Assembly: GCF_030684315.1 (NCBI RefSeq)
Contig: NC_081365.1
Span: 77,166,127-77,230,126, forward strand
Source: Stegostoma tigrinum
Lineage: Eukaryota
Reading direction: 5' to 3'
DNA length: 64,000 nt
The translations under genes were made by a program, and so were the position numbers. Each line of letters begins with the position of its first letter. The first letter of the stretch is position 1. This document shows positions 1 through 13,290 of the stretch, one piece after another. A model generated the notes under the pieces. That model was given only the letters and a program-made list of their open reading frames with translations. It searched no databases and was not told where the DNA came from.

Positions 1-250
1 GGCAGTGCGGTGGCACCGCTGTTGGATTTGCTAAAGAAGAACATGAAATTTCAGTGGGCAGACCAATGCCAAGAGGCATTAGAGAATTAAAGAGCTATGT
101 TAACCACTGAGCCAGTTTTAGTGACACCAAATTTCTTAAAACTCTTTAAAGTCACTATCAACACCAGTGATATAGGGATTGGAGCTGTGTTGATGCAGGA
201 AAATGATGACACAATTGAAAGGTCAGTTGTTCATTTTTTAAAAGAAAATG
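1..250 (+). mobile_element. Gypsy/Ty3 LTR retrotransposon pol remnant (RT connection / RNase H), with internal stop
   Basis: Frame 1 reads AVAPLLDLLKKNMKFQWADQCQEALEN*RAMLTTEPVLVTPNF..FKVTINTSDIGIGAVLMQ, resembling the Gypsy 'F.W...cq.AF..LK..L...PVL..P....F.l..DAS..GiGAVL.Q' motif. Confidence 0.8.
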
Positions 251-427
251 TTTACATGTGATAGAATTGATATGGTCCAATGTTATATATATTTAGAATT
301 AGCATCAAAGGTACAAAAAGAGTACTGAACTATGTATTATGTGGTTAGTGTTAAGATTTAGAGAAAAAGAAATGAAGCCATCGTTCCATAATGACGGTTC
401 ATTTTTTTTTTCTAAAGGAGGGGTAGT

Positions 428-1349
428 TGTTATGAAGTTGGGTAGGGTATTCATGAATTGAAAGACAGGAAGTTAGAATTTGTTGGTAAAAATGATCGTG
501 GGGAAACGAGTGCTATAGTTCTTTTAAGAGCTTATGCTTTGTCTGTGCTTGCAAGTTCATAAATGTGGAATAGATGGACAGAAATCAAAATATTTTTTGT
601 AGAACAATCAAGCAGCAAATTTTCCAGGTTTAATTTGGCCAATTAATTTAAACCAAACACCTAGATACAGAAAGCCAACTGAATTTAATTCTGATGGTAT
701 TGATAACCTGAAACCAATCATATTATAAGAATTTGATTATGTCATTACAGGTACATAAGATGAGGGCATTTAGAAGATCAGGGAGAACCATCCACTATCT
801 GCCAAGAGTTAGCACCATTCAACTCTCAGAAAAAGCCCATCTAATTAATCATGGTATTAATAATGGTATTTTAGCTCAAAGTGCTCATTGAAGAAATTGT
901 AGATATAAAACATCCCTGACAGCAGAAACAGTGGAACAAAGACATTTGTGAAGAGAGTGGAAAAGACAGAATATTTCTGAAGACGGAATAAGTGAACTTG
1001 GAGAGTTGTTCATTTATTAATTGCGTTTATTAAGTAGGTCTTGTGTTTATTTGAACAGTATTCCTAGAATTTAGACCAGTTAGGTCGTAGTTAGTAGTCT
1101 AAGGGGGGATTGTCAGTTTGTTAGTAGTTTTGTTAAAATGTTCATTGTTGGGTTATAGAAATAAATTGTTTCTTGTTACTTGTAAAATGAAGATCAGGGA
1201 TTTTCTTTCTTCTAGTAGATTACAAGGGGAAAGGTGAGCTTGTCTGGGTGTTTCTAGTCTAATTATTGGAGGGGAACTCGTACTCCTGTCAGAACAGATT
1301 GGGGCTTGTGTTTTGGTTTAATTATCAGAGAGGTTCAGCCTCCATAACA
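428..1349 (+). mobile_element. 3' LTR of the Gypsy element
   Basis: Purine tract AAAGGAGGGG just before TGTTATG (428); ends in CATAACA (1343-1349), a perfect 7-bp terminal inverted repeat with TG..CA ends. Confidence 0.75.
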
Positions 1350-2594
1350 GTAGCCAGTTGGTTGACCCATGTTGGCCTAAATGGTAGTGGGGAGCAAAGG
1401 AAAGGTGTCCTGTGAAGACAACGTCAGAGGACAGAAACCAAATTTGAGAAACAGGGCCTTATGGTGAGTAAATTCAGGAATACAACCATAACCATAATTT
1501 AGTTGCCATATAAATTAGGAAAGTAGATGTATAGCTGACAGACTGGACTAGGAATGAAGGGCATCAGTCACGGGTCACAGGAGCCTGGTCTGAGTAAGAA
1601 GCAGTTATACAACTGAGGCAAGATCATCTATGTTTCTATATGTGTGGAAGAGTGGCCATAGACTGCGGTCTGCAGTGCCCCTCATTTGGTAACCACCACC
1701 CTCCCCCTTTTCCTCTGCACCATTGAGGAGTCCCAGTCCTCAGGCATCAGTGGTGTTGCCTGCTCCTTGCAAGGGATGAAAATGCAGAGATCTGGCACCC
1801 CATACCAGTCAGTGGCTACTCTTCCTTACTGGTTGGTAGAAAGGGCAATGTTGAGTGGGTGCTGGGCATTTGATGAGCATTAGCCCTTCATCTTCACAGC
1901 GAGTAGAAAGCACAATGCCCGTGAAGTGTGGGAGGTTAAGGCGAGCGCACTTCACGCATGCGGTGGTGAGGGTGGCATGTCCATGTGCTATGGCTGTGCA
2001 GTGACTGGGTTAGGCTGCCTGACAGCCCTATGAGTGAGAGGTTGCGGAGGGCAGGGGATTGTTCATGCTTCTGTTCCTGCAAAACTATTCAATATTAAGC
2101 CAAATACAATTTATTCAAATATTACAGGGAAAAGAACTTAGAATAACAACTCTATTGGAAAACATAACAGAATAATAGATACATTAACTGTTACTAATTA
2201 ACAGTTCCAATATGGTAACATCCCCTAGATACAGCTTTTGGCAAAATTTTGAAAATAGATTTGTCTCACAGGTAATGTAGCAGCAGAGCGGAACCCCAGC
2301 TTCTAGTTGTAACCAAGAGTGGGGAAAAATTAGCTTCTTATACTTCAAAACGCCAGCTGCTTCTGCTGAACCAAAAGGCTAAAACTAAACTAGAAATCCT
2401 GGTCTGTGGGAGCTGGTAACACCCAGCCAGACTGCTTCAATTGTCCCAACTTTCTTTTAAAAAACCAACACCTTACAAGCTGTTTGTTCCCACAGACTGC
2501 TCTGTGCTTCTCAGTCAATCTCTCTCTTAAAATAAACCAGGATAAAATACACCTCTTAAGGCCACAACATCATCACAGGAGTGACAGAAACACC

Positions 2595-3200
2595 AAATTC
2601 CATTTATATAGCACCTTTAAAGCCTCAAGAATGTAATCAAACAATGTTCTGAAATGAAGGGGCACTGGGGCAGGCAAAGAAACTCAGTTTCTCCTTAAGG
2701 TGGAATATCTTTTAGGGACGAAAGGAGAGAGGGGTGGAAAGTGGAGGGGTTTAGGGAGAGGATTTTAGAGCTTGGAATCCACATACTTAAAGACATAAGC
2801 CACCAACTGTGCAGTGATTAAAATCAGGGACACTCAAGGGACCAAAATCTGAAGGGCGTAGAGTTCCTGAAGTCTAGTCGGCCCTACAGATGGGGCGGAG
2901 GATTTGAAAAAGAGACTAAGGAATTTTGATGTCTTGTTGGATCAGAAGACAAAGTGGGTCAGCAAGCACAGAGTGAATGTGACAGAGAGAGTTAAAAGAC
3001 ACAGGGTTTTGGATGAACATGGAACTGAATAGGGCAGAAAATAGGAAGACATACAGGTTTGGAATGATCAGCTCTGGAGACAGCTCCGATGAGCTGAGAC
3101 AGAGCCAGAGTTAGGTGATGTTGCAGAGGTACAAGGAGAGCAGTCATGGTGATGAAGGTAATATGTAGTCACCTTGGGTCAAACGCAACACTGACCCCAA
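2595..3200 (-). mobile_element. Degenerate L2-type LINE 3' fragment
   Basis: Begins with catttatatagcacc, the same L2-like tail seen at ~53768; heavily decayed. Confidence 0.4.
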
Positions 3201-3404
3201 TTCAGGCAATGCAAAGTTACAGGGTCAGTGGGTAGAAAATTGTATCTGTGACTGAGAGGGTACCCAATTGCTCACCAGCTCCATAACTAATTTGGTCTCA
3301 AAAATCAGAAGTCCTATTCCAAATTTTCCAGTTAACTGTAGGGAAGAATCAATATGTTAATAAACTTACGTTTCCTAATGAATATGTAAATAGCAATTGT
3401 GATT

Positions 3405-3695
3405 TTTTAAAAATTCATTCATGGGATATGAGCATCACACTGGCCAGACCAGCATTTATTGCCCATCTTTAATTGCCTAGAGGGCAGTTAAGAGTCAAAC
3501 GCATTTATGTGGGTCCAGAGTCGCATGTAGGCCAGACTAGGTAAGGATGGCAGTTTTCTTCCCTAAAGGACATGGGTGAACCAGATGAGACTTTCCCTTC
3601 TGACTATCATTTCATGGTTGTCATTAGACTCTTAATTCCAGATTTTTACTGATTTAAACCCAGGTTCCCACAACATTACCTGTTTCTCTGGATTG
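3405..3695 (-). mobile_element. Shark SINE sharing its 3' tail with a CR1-like LINE (related copies ~7685-7830 +, ~22720-23000 -, ~39470-39670 -)
   Basis: Recurrent block gcatttattgcccatc...ggagtcacatgtaggccagacc..gtaaggatggcag..ttccttccctaaaggaca at several positions. Confidence 0.55.
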
Positions 3696-4205
3696 GGGGA
3701 GGTGATGTATTTTGTTCAGAAGAACAAAAATACCACTTTCTCTTTGAAGTTAAAATGGGAGTACAAAGGGAACTAAAGCTATGTTTTCACAAACAATTGG
3801 AAGTGACTGTAATTGAAAGGCAGATGGACCAAGCATCGGTTGGGTCACACTTGCAATATTGTGCATAGTTCTCGCCGTCATGGAAGTAGTGGGCAATATG
3901 CAAATAAAGGATTCACAAGCATCATACCATCGAAAGCCTTATCAGGAAAGGCTGAACAGGCTGGGATTCTTCATCACTAGAATAGATAAAGGTGAAGAGA
4001 GGCCTGTTAGAGGCCCCTGTAATGGATTTAGCATTCTCTCTCCTGCCAAAATATATCTGTTCCCACTTGCCTCTGTTGAATGTTATCCACCTATCCCATC
4101 AGCTTGTCCAAATCCACTTGTTTATTGCTATTTACCTCACAGTTTATCTACCTTCAATCTTCATTAACAGCAAATTTTGAAATAGTGCTATGCCACTCAC
4201 AAACT

Positions 4206-4361
4206 TAGAAGTCACGTGACATCAGGTTATAGTCTAGCAGGTTTACTCGGGATCACAAAAATATTTGGAGTGCAGTGCACCTAACGAAGGGGCTGCGGTC
4301 CCCAGGCTTGTGTGATTCCAAATAAACGTGTTAGACTCTATCCTGGTGTTGTGTGACTTCT
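4206..4361. mobile_element. Old fold-back Penelope-like terminal-repeat element with decayed hammerhead at its centre
   Basis: Imperfect inverted arms agaagtcac..caggttatagtcta..gttta / taaac..tagactcta..cctgg..gtgacttct; centre cacctaacgaaggggctgcggtccccaggcttg resembles a mutated CTGATGA-stem-GAAAGCT core. Confidence 0.5.
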
Positions 4362-5162
4362 GAATTTGTTCACCCCAACCCAACACTGGCAAATCCTCAT
4401 CATGACTCACAAACTTAAATTATGAATATTTACTGAAAACAATTCTGGTGCCAGACTGGAACTGTGAGAAACTTTACTGTGAGTCATCCTTAGTCTATAA
4501 CACAGCCTTAACCAATCTTGTGCCCTTGGTCCAATTGTCTACTTCATCCAAGAGACTTCAATTTTGCAAAGTGTTCTCTTATGTGACACTTTACCAAAAC
4601 ACATTTAAAGGCTCATATGCTCAAAAAATATCTCCATTCCCCACATCTAACTGCACTCCCAAACATCCAGCCTCTCTGTTACTTCTTCGAAGATCTCAGT
4701 CAAGTTAGTAAAAATGATATTCCCTGATCTTTGGCCTTCTGCTTGTGGCAATCAATTTTATTAAAGATCATTTTTCTTGAAGCTTAATTTAGGACAGGGA
4801 TAAGGAAATTTTCTCTCTCTCTCTCTCCTTTAGGGGACCATGTATCTGTGGAAGAGCGATGGAGACATGTTTGTTGATACCCTTCAACTCACTTTATCAA
4901 AGATGTTTTCAGGAAAGTATTGCTCAGGGTCCAATCAGATTGGCCATGATCTTATTAAATGGCAGAGTAGGCTTCAGGGGCTGAATGGCCTACTCCCATT
5001 TGCCTGTTTGAATGTAGGTAACAACTTCCCCATTGCCAAAATTAAACTGACGGGCCAGGAGTATTTTTCTAGCCTTTCTTGAACAAGAGGTTAATGTTTG
5101 TAAGTCTCCAGGCCTCTGGCACCTGTACCTAGGGAGGATTGGAAGACTGTGGGCAGAAGCTT

Positions 5163-5436
5163 CATAGAATCCCTACAGCGTGAAAGCAAGCCCTCTGAAA
5201 AACACCTCAATCAGGCCCACCCTATCCCTTTAACCCTGCATTCCCCATGGCTAATCCACCTCTCCTGCACATCCCTGGACACTATGGGCAATTTCCCATG
5301 GCCAACCCACCTTAACCTGCACATCTTTGGACTGTGGGAGGAAACCGAGGCAGAAACAGGGAGTACATGCAAACTCCACACCAACAGTCGCCCGAGGGTG
5401 GAATCGAACCCAGGTCCCTGGTGCTGTGAGGCAGCA
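5163..5436 (-). mobile_element. HE1-like tRNA-derived V-SINE
   Basis: Reverse strand: tgctgcctcacagcaccagggacctgggttcgattcc (B box), ggagtttgcatgtactcc, ggtttcctcccacagtccaaagatgtgcaggtta (V-domain). Confidence 0.8.
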
Positions 5437-5959
5437 ATACCTCACCTATTTCTAGCCTTACTACCTCAGCAACCAAGGATGCATCACAGCTTGGAATGGG
5501 TGATTTGTTAAAGTGCTACCAATCTTTCTGGTACCTCTGTTTGATCATTATGTCAGCCAGTATCCCAACAAAATTCCTCCCTTATTTCAGCTTCAGTATG
5601 AAGGAGGTATTGACATTTTGAAGATGGTCAAGGGCATATGTAGACATATTCTGGTCCAGGACAGCCCTGGCTACATGGATGAAAGCAAAAAATGAGGATA
5701 TTGGCCTGAACGATTAACTTTGCTTTCTCTGCACAGATGCTGCCAGGCCCATTGATTTTCTTTAGCAATGTCCATCCTAGTGTGTTAAATCTCTGAGTTC
5801 AAACCCCCCACAGTCAATATTTGCATTCAATTAATATATCTGGAATGTGAAGTCCAAAGAATTGGGACCAAAATGGTAATCAGTGTTTGGGGATGAAAAA
5901 CAAATCTGTATTGAGAGAGAGGAAGTACACATGTTTTTGTAAGGTTTAGGGGTAAATAA

Positions 5960-7690
5960 AATCCTAAGCCCAGCTGAAATGTGTCCCAGGCTATTGTGGA
6001 AGGGAAGCAAAGAGATGGCAGGGGTTGTGACGCTAATTATTGAATTCTCTCAGGCCACAGGAGGGGCGCCTAAGGATTAGAGAACAGCTAATATAGTACT
6101 ATTATTCAAGGAGGGTGATTAAGATAGTCCAGGAAACAGCCAATGAACCTTCCATCAATGGTAGAGAAACTATTGGAAAACAAAATCTGAGTGACATATT
6201 TTGGAAAGGCAAGAATAGTTGGCATGGCTTTGTAAGGATGAGGCTATGTTTAACAAACTTGATTGAATTTTTTGACGAAGTAATTAAGTACGTCGATGAG
6301 GATAGTGCAGTTGATCTAATCCACATGAACTTCTGTAAGGGTTTTGACAAGGGTCTTGCATAGGCAGACAGGCTAAGGAGCTAAGAGCCTATGGGATCTA
6401 GGACATATTGGCAAACTGGATCCAAAAACAGTTTTGTGGCACAGAGCAAACAGTGATGGACAAATGATGTTTTTATGACTGGAATCTGTGTGCAGTAGCA
6501 AGCACAGGGTTTGGTGCTAAGTCCTTTACTGTTTGTTGTGTATATTAGCAATCAAGATAGGATTGTAGTGGCATCATCAGTAAGCTCCCCAGACGGCCTG
6601 AAAATTGGTGGCGTGTTAGGTAGCAAGGGGAAAACCCTTAGACTACAGGACAATATAGATGGGCTGGTTAGTTGCACTGAGCAGTGCCAAATAGAATTTA
6701 ATCCTGAAGAACATGAGGTACGTATTGAATGGTAGAGGTACAGAGGAGCAGAGGGACCATGGTGTCCAGGTCCATATATCCATGAAGGCAGTTGGACAGG
6801 TAGATAAAGTTGTTAAGAAGGCATCTGGATAACGGCTTTGAATACAAGAGGTTATTACGAAGCTGTCAGTAATGTTGGTTAAGTCAGAGCTGGAGTACTG
6901 TGTGCAGTCTGGTCACCACACTACAGGAAGGATATGATTGCACTAGAGAAGGTGCAGAGGAGATACATCAGGATCTTGCCTGGGATGGAGTGATTCAGTT
7001 GTGAGGAGACATTAGATAGACTGGGGTTGTATTTTTTCGTGCGACCTGATTGAGATGTATGACATTTGAGACTGCATTGACAGGGTAGGCAGGGATGAAA
7101 TATTCCCCTTAGTAGAGAGCTCAATAACCAGGGGCACAGGTTTAAGGTAAGGAACAGAAGGTTTAATGAGGAATGGAAGAAATATTTTGTCACCCTGAGG
7201 GTGGTGGGTATCTGGAGCTCGCTACTTAAAAGGGCAGTGGAGGCAGGAACTCTAAAAACATTTTTAAGGAGAGATGAGTAAGATATAAAAGGGACCTAAT
7301 GGGCATCTTTTTCACCAGAGGGTGGTGTGTTTATGGAATGAGCTGCCAGAGAAATGGTGGGCACTAGTCCAATTACAACATTTAAAAAGGCATGTAGATA
7401 TGTACATGGATAGGAAGGGTTTAGAGGAATTTGGGCAAGATACTGGCAAATAGGACTAATTTAGGATATAGGGTTGGCATGGACAAGTTGGACTGAAGGA
7501 TCTGTTTCCATATTGTGCATCTCTATGGCTCTATTTAAAAATATTTAGTGAACAATTGAAAGAACATAGCATACAAAGTGATGGGCCAAGCGCTGGAAAA
7601 TGAGATTAGAACTGATGTTTGTTTGATTGGTGTGGACATGATGGGCTGAAGGGCCCCTTTTTGTGCTGTAAAAGCTCCATGATTCTGCAT
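5960..7690 (+). mobile_element. Degenerate CR1 LINE RT fragments (nested copies)
   Basis: ORF pieces HGFVRMRLCLTNLIEFFDEV, VLSPLLFVVYI and CR1-type 3' ends, homologous to the intact copy at 26619. Confidence 0.8.
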
Positions 7691-7850
7691 CTAAAGCCAT
7701 TATCTGTCGCAATAAAAATCCGCCTGGTTCACCAATGACTTTTAGGGAAATAAATCTCCCCTAGTAATCCAGTCTGACCTACATGTGACTCCAGACTCCA
7801 GCAACGTGGTTGATTCTTAGCTGTTCTCTGGAATGTCTGAGCAAAACTCA

Positions 7851-9190
7851 CATCTACATCAAAACTCTGCCTACCCTGATAAAAGGAATTCACCGGGGTG
7901 GAGCCCCTGGCATCAGCCAAGGCAGCAGAAGCAATGGCGAATGCCACAACTGGGGAGAGCTGTCTCACAGGCTAATCAAGCAACTGCCCAACATGGTGAT
8001 ACTCACAGAATCATACCTTACAATGTCCCAGAAACCACCATCACCGTCCCTGGATATGTCCTGTCCCACCGGCAGGACAGACCCAGCAGACGTGGTGCCA
8101 TAGTGATATACAGTCAAGAGGGGTGGGGGGGGTGGTGTGGGTGGTGGAGTTGCGCTTGGAGACCTCACAATTGACATCAGGTTAAACATGGGCAAGGAAA
8201 CCTCCTGCTGATCACCACCTATTGCCCTCCCTCTGCTGATGAATCAGTACTCCTCCATGTTGAACAACACTTAGAGGAAGCATTGAGGATGGCGAGGGCA
8301 CAAAACGTACTCTGGGTGGGGGATTTCAATGCCCACCACCAAGATTGGCTCGGCAGCAGCTCTACTGATCGAACTGGTTGGGTCCTACAAGACATAGCCG
8401 CTAGACTGGGTTTGCAGCAGGTGGTGAGGGAGCCAACAAGAGGAAAGAACATACTTGATCTCATCCTTACCAATCTGCCAGTTACAGTCCATGACAGTAT
8501 CAATAAGAGGGACCATCACACAGAGACCTTGTGGAGACAAAGACCCACTCTCACATTGAGAATAACCTCCATCATATTGTGTGGCACTATCACTGTGCTC
8601 AATGGGGCAGACTTCAAACAGATCCAGCAACTCAAGACTGGTCATCCATGAGGTGCTGTGGACCATCAACAGCAGCAGGATTGTACTTCAGCACAATCTG
8701 TAATCTCATGGCCTGACATATCCCCCGCTCAACCATTACCATCAAACCAAGGGATCATCCCTGGTTCAATGGAGAGTGTAGAAGGGAATGCCAGGAGCAG
8801 CGCCAGGCATACCTGAAGATAAGGTCTCAATGTAGTGATCTACCAAACAGGATGACTTTCATGCCAAACAGCATAAGTGGCTACCATCCCACAACCAGTG
8901 GATCAGATCTAAACTCTGCAGTCCTGCCGTATCCAGTCATGAATGGTGTTGGACAGATCAAACAATTCACTGGGGTGGAGGCTTCACAAATATCCCCATC
9001 CTCAATGATGGAAAAGCCCAGCACATCAATGCAAAATTTGAGGCTGAAGCATTTGCAATAATCCAGTGCGACTGGATGATCTACTTTCACTTCCTCCAGT
9101 GATTCCCAACATCACAGGTACCAGTCCGCAGCCAATTCGATTTACTTCACGAGATATATAAAAAAAGTTGGAGGCACTGGATAGTGCAAA
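7851..9190 (+). mobile_element. CR1/L2-group LINE fragment, AP-endonuclease region
   Basis: NVLWVGDFNAHHQDWLGS...PTRGKNILDLILTN are APE endonuclease motifs; same family as 47843-50240. Confidence 0.8.
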
Positions 9191-9530
9191 GTTTTTTTTT
9201 ATTCAGTTGTGGGATGTGAGCATCGCTGGCTGGGCCAGAATTTATTGCCCACCCCTAGTTGCCCTTGAGAAGGTGGTGGTGAACTGCCTTCTTGACCCAC
9301 TGTAGTCCTCCTGCAGTGGGTTGACCCACAATGCCCTTAAGAGAGGGAATTCCAAGATTTTGACCCAGCGACTATGAGGGAGCAATGACATATTTCCAAG
9401 TCAGGATGGTGAGTGGCTTGGAAGGGAATTTGGAGGGAGTGGTGTTCCCATCTGTCTGCTGCCCCTGTCCTTCTAGATGGAAGTGGTTGTGGGTTTGGTA
9501 GGTGCTGTCTGAGGATCTTTGGTGAATTTA
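9191..9530 (-). mobile_element. 3' end of the same CR1/L2-group LINE in opposite orientation
   Basis: Poly-T then tattcagttgtgggatgtgagcatcgctggctgggccag; minus-strand ORF ending GSKSWNSL. Confidence 0.7.
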
Positions 9531-10691
9531 TGGGCCTAACAACTACCTGATTGATGCATCTGCCCACCTACTTTCATTGACTAGTGTACAAAGACATCCA
9601 GATCCCTTTGTACATCCACATCTCTCAATATTTTACCATTTAAACAATAATAGACCTGTACACAATACTCCAAATGCGGCCTAACTGAAGTTCTATACAG
9701 CTGCTACAAGCATTGCCAATTTTTATACCGTGTGCCCAGAATGATGAAGGCAAACGTGCCTTATACCTTCTTTACCACCAATTCCACTTCTGTTGCCAGT
9801 TCCAAGAAACTGTGGACCTGTATACCTAGATCCCTCGTCTGTTGATGAAACTGAAGATTTAGCCATATATTGTCTACTTTCCCCTGATATTAGATCTTCC
9901 AAAAGTGCATCACCTCACATTTTTTCAGATTAAATTCCACCTGCCATTTCTCGGCCCAAGTCTCCAGCCTCTCTATATCCTGTTATATCCTCTGACAATC
10001 CTCTTCACCATCCACAACTCCCCCAATCGCAAATGTACTAATCGTTATCGTTCTCAATTTTTCACATTCCCAATTGACACGGCGCCTCCATGGAGTGAGT
10101 GGGCTCACATCTCCACCCTCCTTTAAGGGAAAAAGAGTCATGCTCCATGTTCTAATCTCCTCTGTCCCCCCCCCCCTCTCCTGCTCTACTAGTGAGGAAT
10201 GTTTCTCTCTCTCTCTGTTTAACCTTGGGAATGTTTGGTGGATTCCAGTTTCTACTCCCACATTATCCCACGGTTTTAGTATGGTTTTCCTTCTATTGTC
10301 TCTGTGATCCCTTTGCTAGCTTGGCGTTGTGTCATTCAAGCAATTATGTCATGTCACCTCCCCCTCCCCCACCCAAAATATCCATGTGTGCCCTTCCATT
10401 AATTAATCTTGGAATGATTTGCTTCATTTCAGCCATTGATTGCAACTGATACTTTGTGCGCTGTGTCTGAAATAATGAGTGGGACAGTGGTCTGGCAGTT
10501 ATTGTTAAACCCCTGGTGCCAGTTAATCTGTTCAGAGGTCAGGTTCATAGGAAGGTTATTGAAATGATCCTTTTCAGCAGCTTACGGTGATGTTTTATCC
10601 AATTACTCTAACCCACATCCTACAAAGGATTGGCATTTATTGAATGTCATTTACCACAACAATTCGTCTGCTTCAATCTATTCCACCTTAC

Positions 10692-11396
10692 CTGGTTTCC
10701 TTTTCTCTTCTTCAGTCTCTTCTTGTTCAGCTTTTTGCAAGCATACAATTTCCCTGTGGCCTTCATCTGACAAGCAGACACCTCGCCAAACCCTCCCTTC
10801 CCCAAGACCCGAAACTCCAGGAACCAGTCCTCCCCAATGGGTTGAGCCTCCAGCCACTTCCACTGCAAGAACCTCATGAAATACATGCTCTCCTTGTAAT
10901 GCTCGAAGGGACTGTCCTCCTTTAAGAATTTCATGGTGGCCTCTTTGCACTCCCTGAAGAGATCCTCTCTGACATTCTCACAGTCCTCTTTCACTCTCAA
11001 GATGCTCTTTTCTTCCAAATAACTGCAGAAGAGCTCAGTCCCCGACTCCAAGAACTTGCTGATAATGTTTCGAGCTTTCTCGAGAAGACCTTCATCTTCT
11101 GCTGTGTCGTACACTTCAATAGCCTTCCAGAGTTCATTGGCCGGTTTGTACTCTGCCACTGAGTCTAAGTATTGCTGGAATAGCTTCTTCCCAATGGGCT
11201 GCTTGACACAGATGCTATCGAAGGCCAAGTCAATCTGCTCCTTCAGCGTTTCGCTCTGGGTGATGTGAGGGAGCTTCAGCTTGGCTCGATATTTCTTATC
11301 CCTGGTCATCTGCAGGTTGGCGGATCCATCGAAACTGCCCCGAGCTGAGATGTACGCGGAGTTGGCCACCACTGTCTGCAGACTCCCCAAATCCAT
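10692..11396 (-). CDS. GRK1: Rhodopsin kinase GRK1 (GRK1B-like), coding exon 1 (235 codons); other exons not found in window
   Basis: [25 protein letters not shown]-terminus, RH domain ([12 protein letters not shown]), kinase start [39 protein letters not shown]; donor CAG|gtaagg at 10692/10691 matches the GRK1 exon-1 boundary. Confidence 0.95.
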
Positions 11397-11574
11397 CCTG
11401 ATGTCTTTGGTTGCTAATTCACTTCAACCAGAGCAAAACCATGTGAGAGATAGAGAGGAGGGGGCGGTGGGGCTCAAAAAATGCACAGCAGGATCCCAAC
11501 ACTCTGGGGCCCTACAACATGCTCAACAACAGAGCAAACAAAAGGAACTGAGGAGAGGGGCTCAGTGTCTGTGC

Positions 11575-11717
11575 TGCTGACATGACTGACCCAGCCAGGG
11601 GTATGAAAGAATGGTGTGTCTTACACTTTCTCCGGTCTCTTTATCTTAATCCCATCCAATGCTTGTCTGTCTTTATTATAGAGGGCAGGTAGCAGCAATC
11701 AAAATAATCCTGAGTCA
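11575..11717 (-). promoter_or_regulatory. Putative photoreceptor proximal promoter of GRK1
   Basis: TATAATAAA on minus strand (11672-11680); CRX/OTX-type TAATCC at 11647-11652 and 11705-11710; TGAGTCA at 11711-11717; TGCTGAC (Maf/NRL half-site-like) at 11575-11581. Confidence 0.5.
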
Positions 11718-11809
11718 ACATCTTAAATAAATATTTGATCCACTTATAAGTAATTCCACGTCAAGTAATTCCTCTCTTCCGCTGAAACGTCTATGTGTTT
11801 CTTTTTATA

Positions 11810-13290
11810 TCTATCACTCTCGAATATTATAACTGTGTCACAGTAATTACCAACCACTCTTGACTATCATAACTGTGTCACACTAATTACCTCTCACTGT
11901 CTAATATTTTAAGAGTGGCACACTTAATTATCTATTACTTATTAATATTATAACTGTGTCACACTAATTATCCACTACTCTCGAATATTATAACTATGTC
12001 ACACTAATTATCTATTACTCTTGAATATTATAACTATAACAGTATTTATCTATCACTCTCGAACATTATAACTGTCAGGCTACTATTGTTGTTGTATTAA
12101 TGTCATGATTGTATCCCTTTCTAATATTAAGAGTCTCTAATATTGAAAGATACCACTCTCAATTGTTATCCCTGTGTCACTCTCCAATGTTACAACTATC
12201 ATTCTCTAATACTATTACTTTATAACTCTCTAACATTATAAAGGAATTACTCTCTAAAGTTATCTTCGTAGCAATCTCTAATATTCTACTCAGTTTAATC
12301 CCACTCTTTCCCACATTCTCGCAATCCTTAATATCCCACCCAGTCTAATCCCACTTTCTCTTCACTCTGTCTCATTATAACTGGCACAGTATTTATCTAT
12401 TACTCACTAATATTATGACTGTCACCTTATTTATCTTTCACTGTAGAATATTATAACTATAATATATATATAAACTGTCCTATAATAATATTATTATCAC
12501 ACTGATTATCCATCACTCTAACATTATAACAACGACACAAAATTATCTCGCTCTTTCTAATGTTATAATTGAGTCGAGCTAATTATCTATCACCCTCTAA
12601 CATTACAACTGTCCCTCCCTATTGTAACTGTGTCACACTGATAGTATAGCTGTTGTGCTCTAATATTATATTGTAACTATCACTCTCTAATATTATAACT
12701 GTCACTCTCTGAATTAAAACTGTACTACTCTAATGGTATAGCTATTTCTCTCTAATATTGTAACTGTCACTCTGTAATATTGTGCCACATTGATAGTTTA
12801 GTGTCTCCCTCCAATATTGTAACTGTTACTCTCTAATACTACATTGCACTGTTGTGTCAGTTTTATATTATAATGGTGTCATTCTCAGTAACAAGTGTTA
12901 TACTCTAATGTTAGAATTACACCACTCTTAAATGTTATCCCTGAATCACTCCTAAATATTACACCTGTTTTACTCTCTAACATTTTTACTCTAATACTGT
13001 TCAGTAGTATAATTGCATCACTATTAAATCACTTTCTAATATTAAGACTGTCTAATATTGAAAGTCACTTGTTATCCCTGTATCACTCTTCAATGTTACA
13101 GCTATTATTCTCTAATACTATTGCTGTATAACTCTTTAACATTATAAAGGAATTACTCTCTAAAGTTATCTTTGTAGCATTCTCCATATTCCCATTCATT
13201 CCCATACCCCTTAATATCCCACCAAGTCTAATTCCACTTCCTCCTCACTCCTCACACCCTTTAATATCTCACCCAGTCTAATCCTACAAT
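11810..13290. repeat. AT-rich minisatellite: ~6 copies of a 40-bp unit, then decayed ~20-bp subunits and an internal ~250-bp duplication
   Basis: Unit tctatcactctcgaatattataactgtgtcacactaatta in 40-bp register 11810-12076; 12121-12370 similar to 13036-13290. Confidence 0.85.

Noticed and set aside
1350-10690. GRK1 exon 2 and later exons
   Set aside because: I found no GAMVEK.IL..VHSRFIV-like exon by eye; the region is mostly repeats. The exons are presumed beyond position 1, so a pseudogene call is not justified.
11810-12076. CRISPR-like regular repeats
   Set aside because: Head-to-tail tandem units without unique spacers, no cas genes, eukaryotic context.
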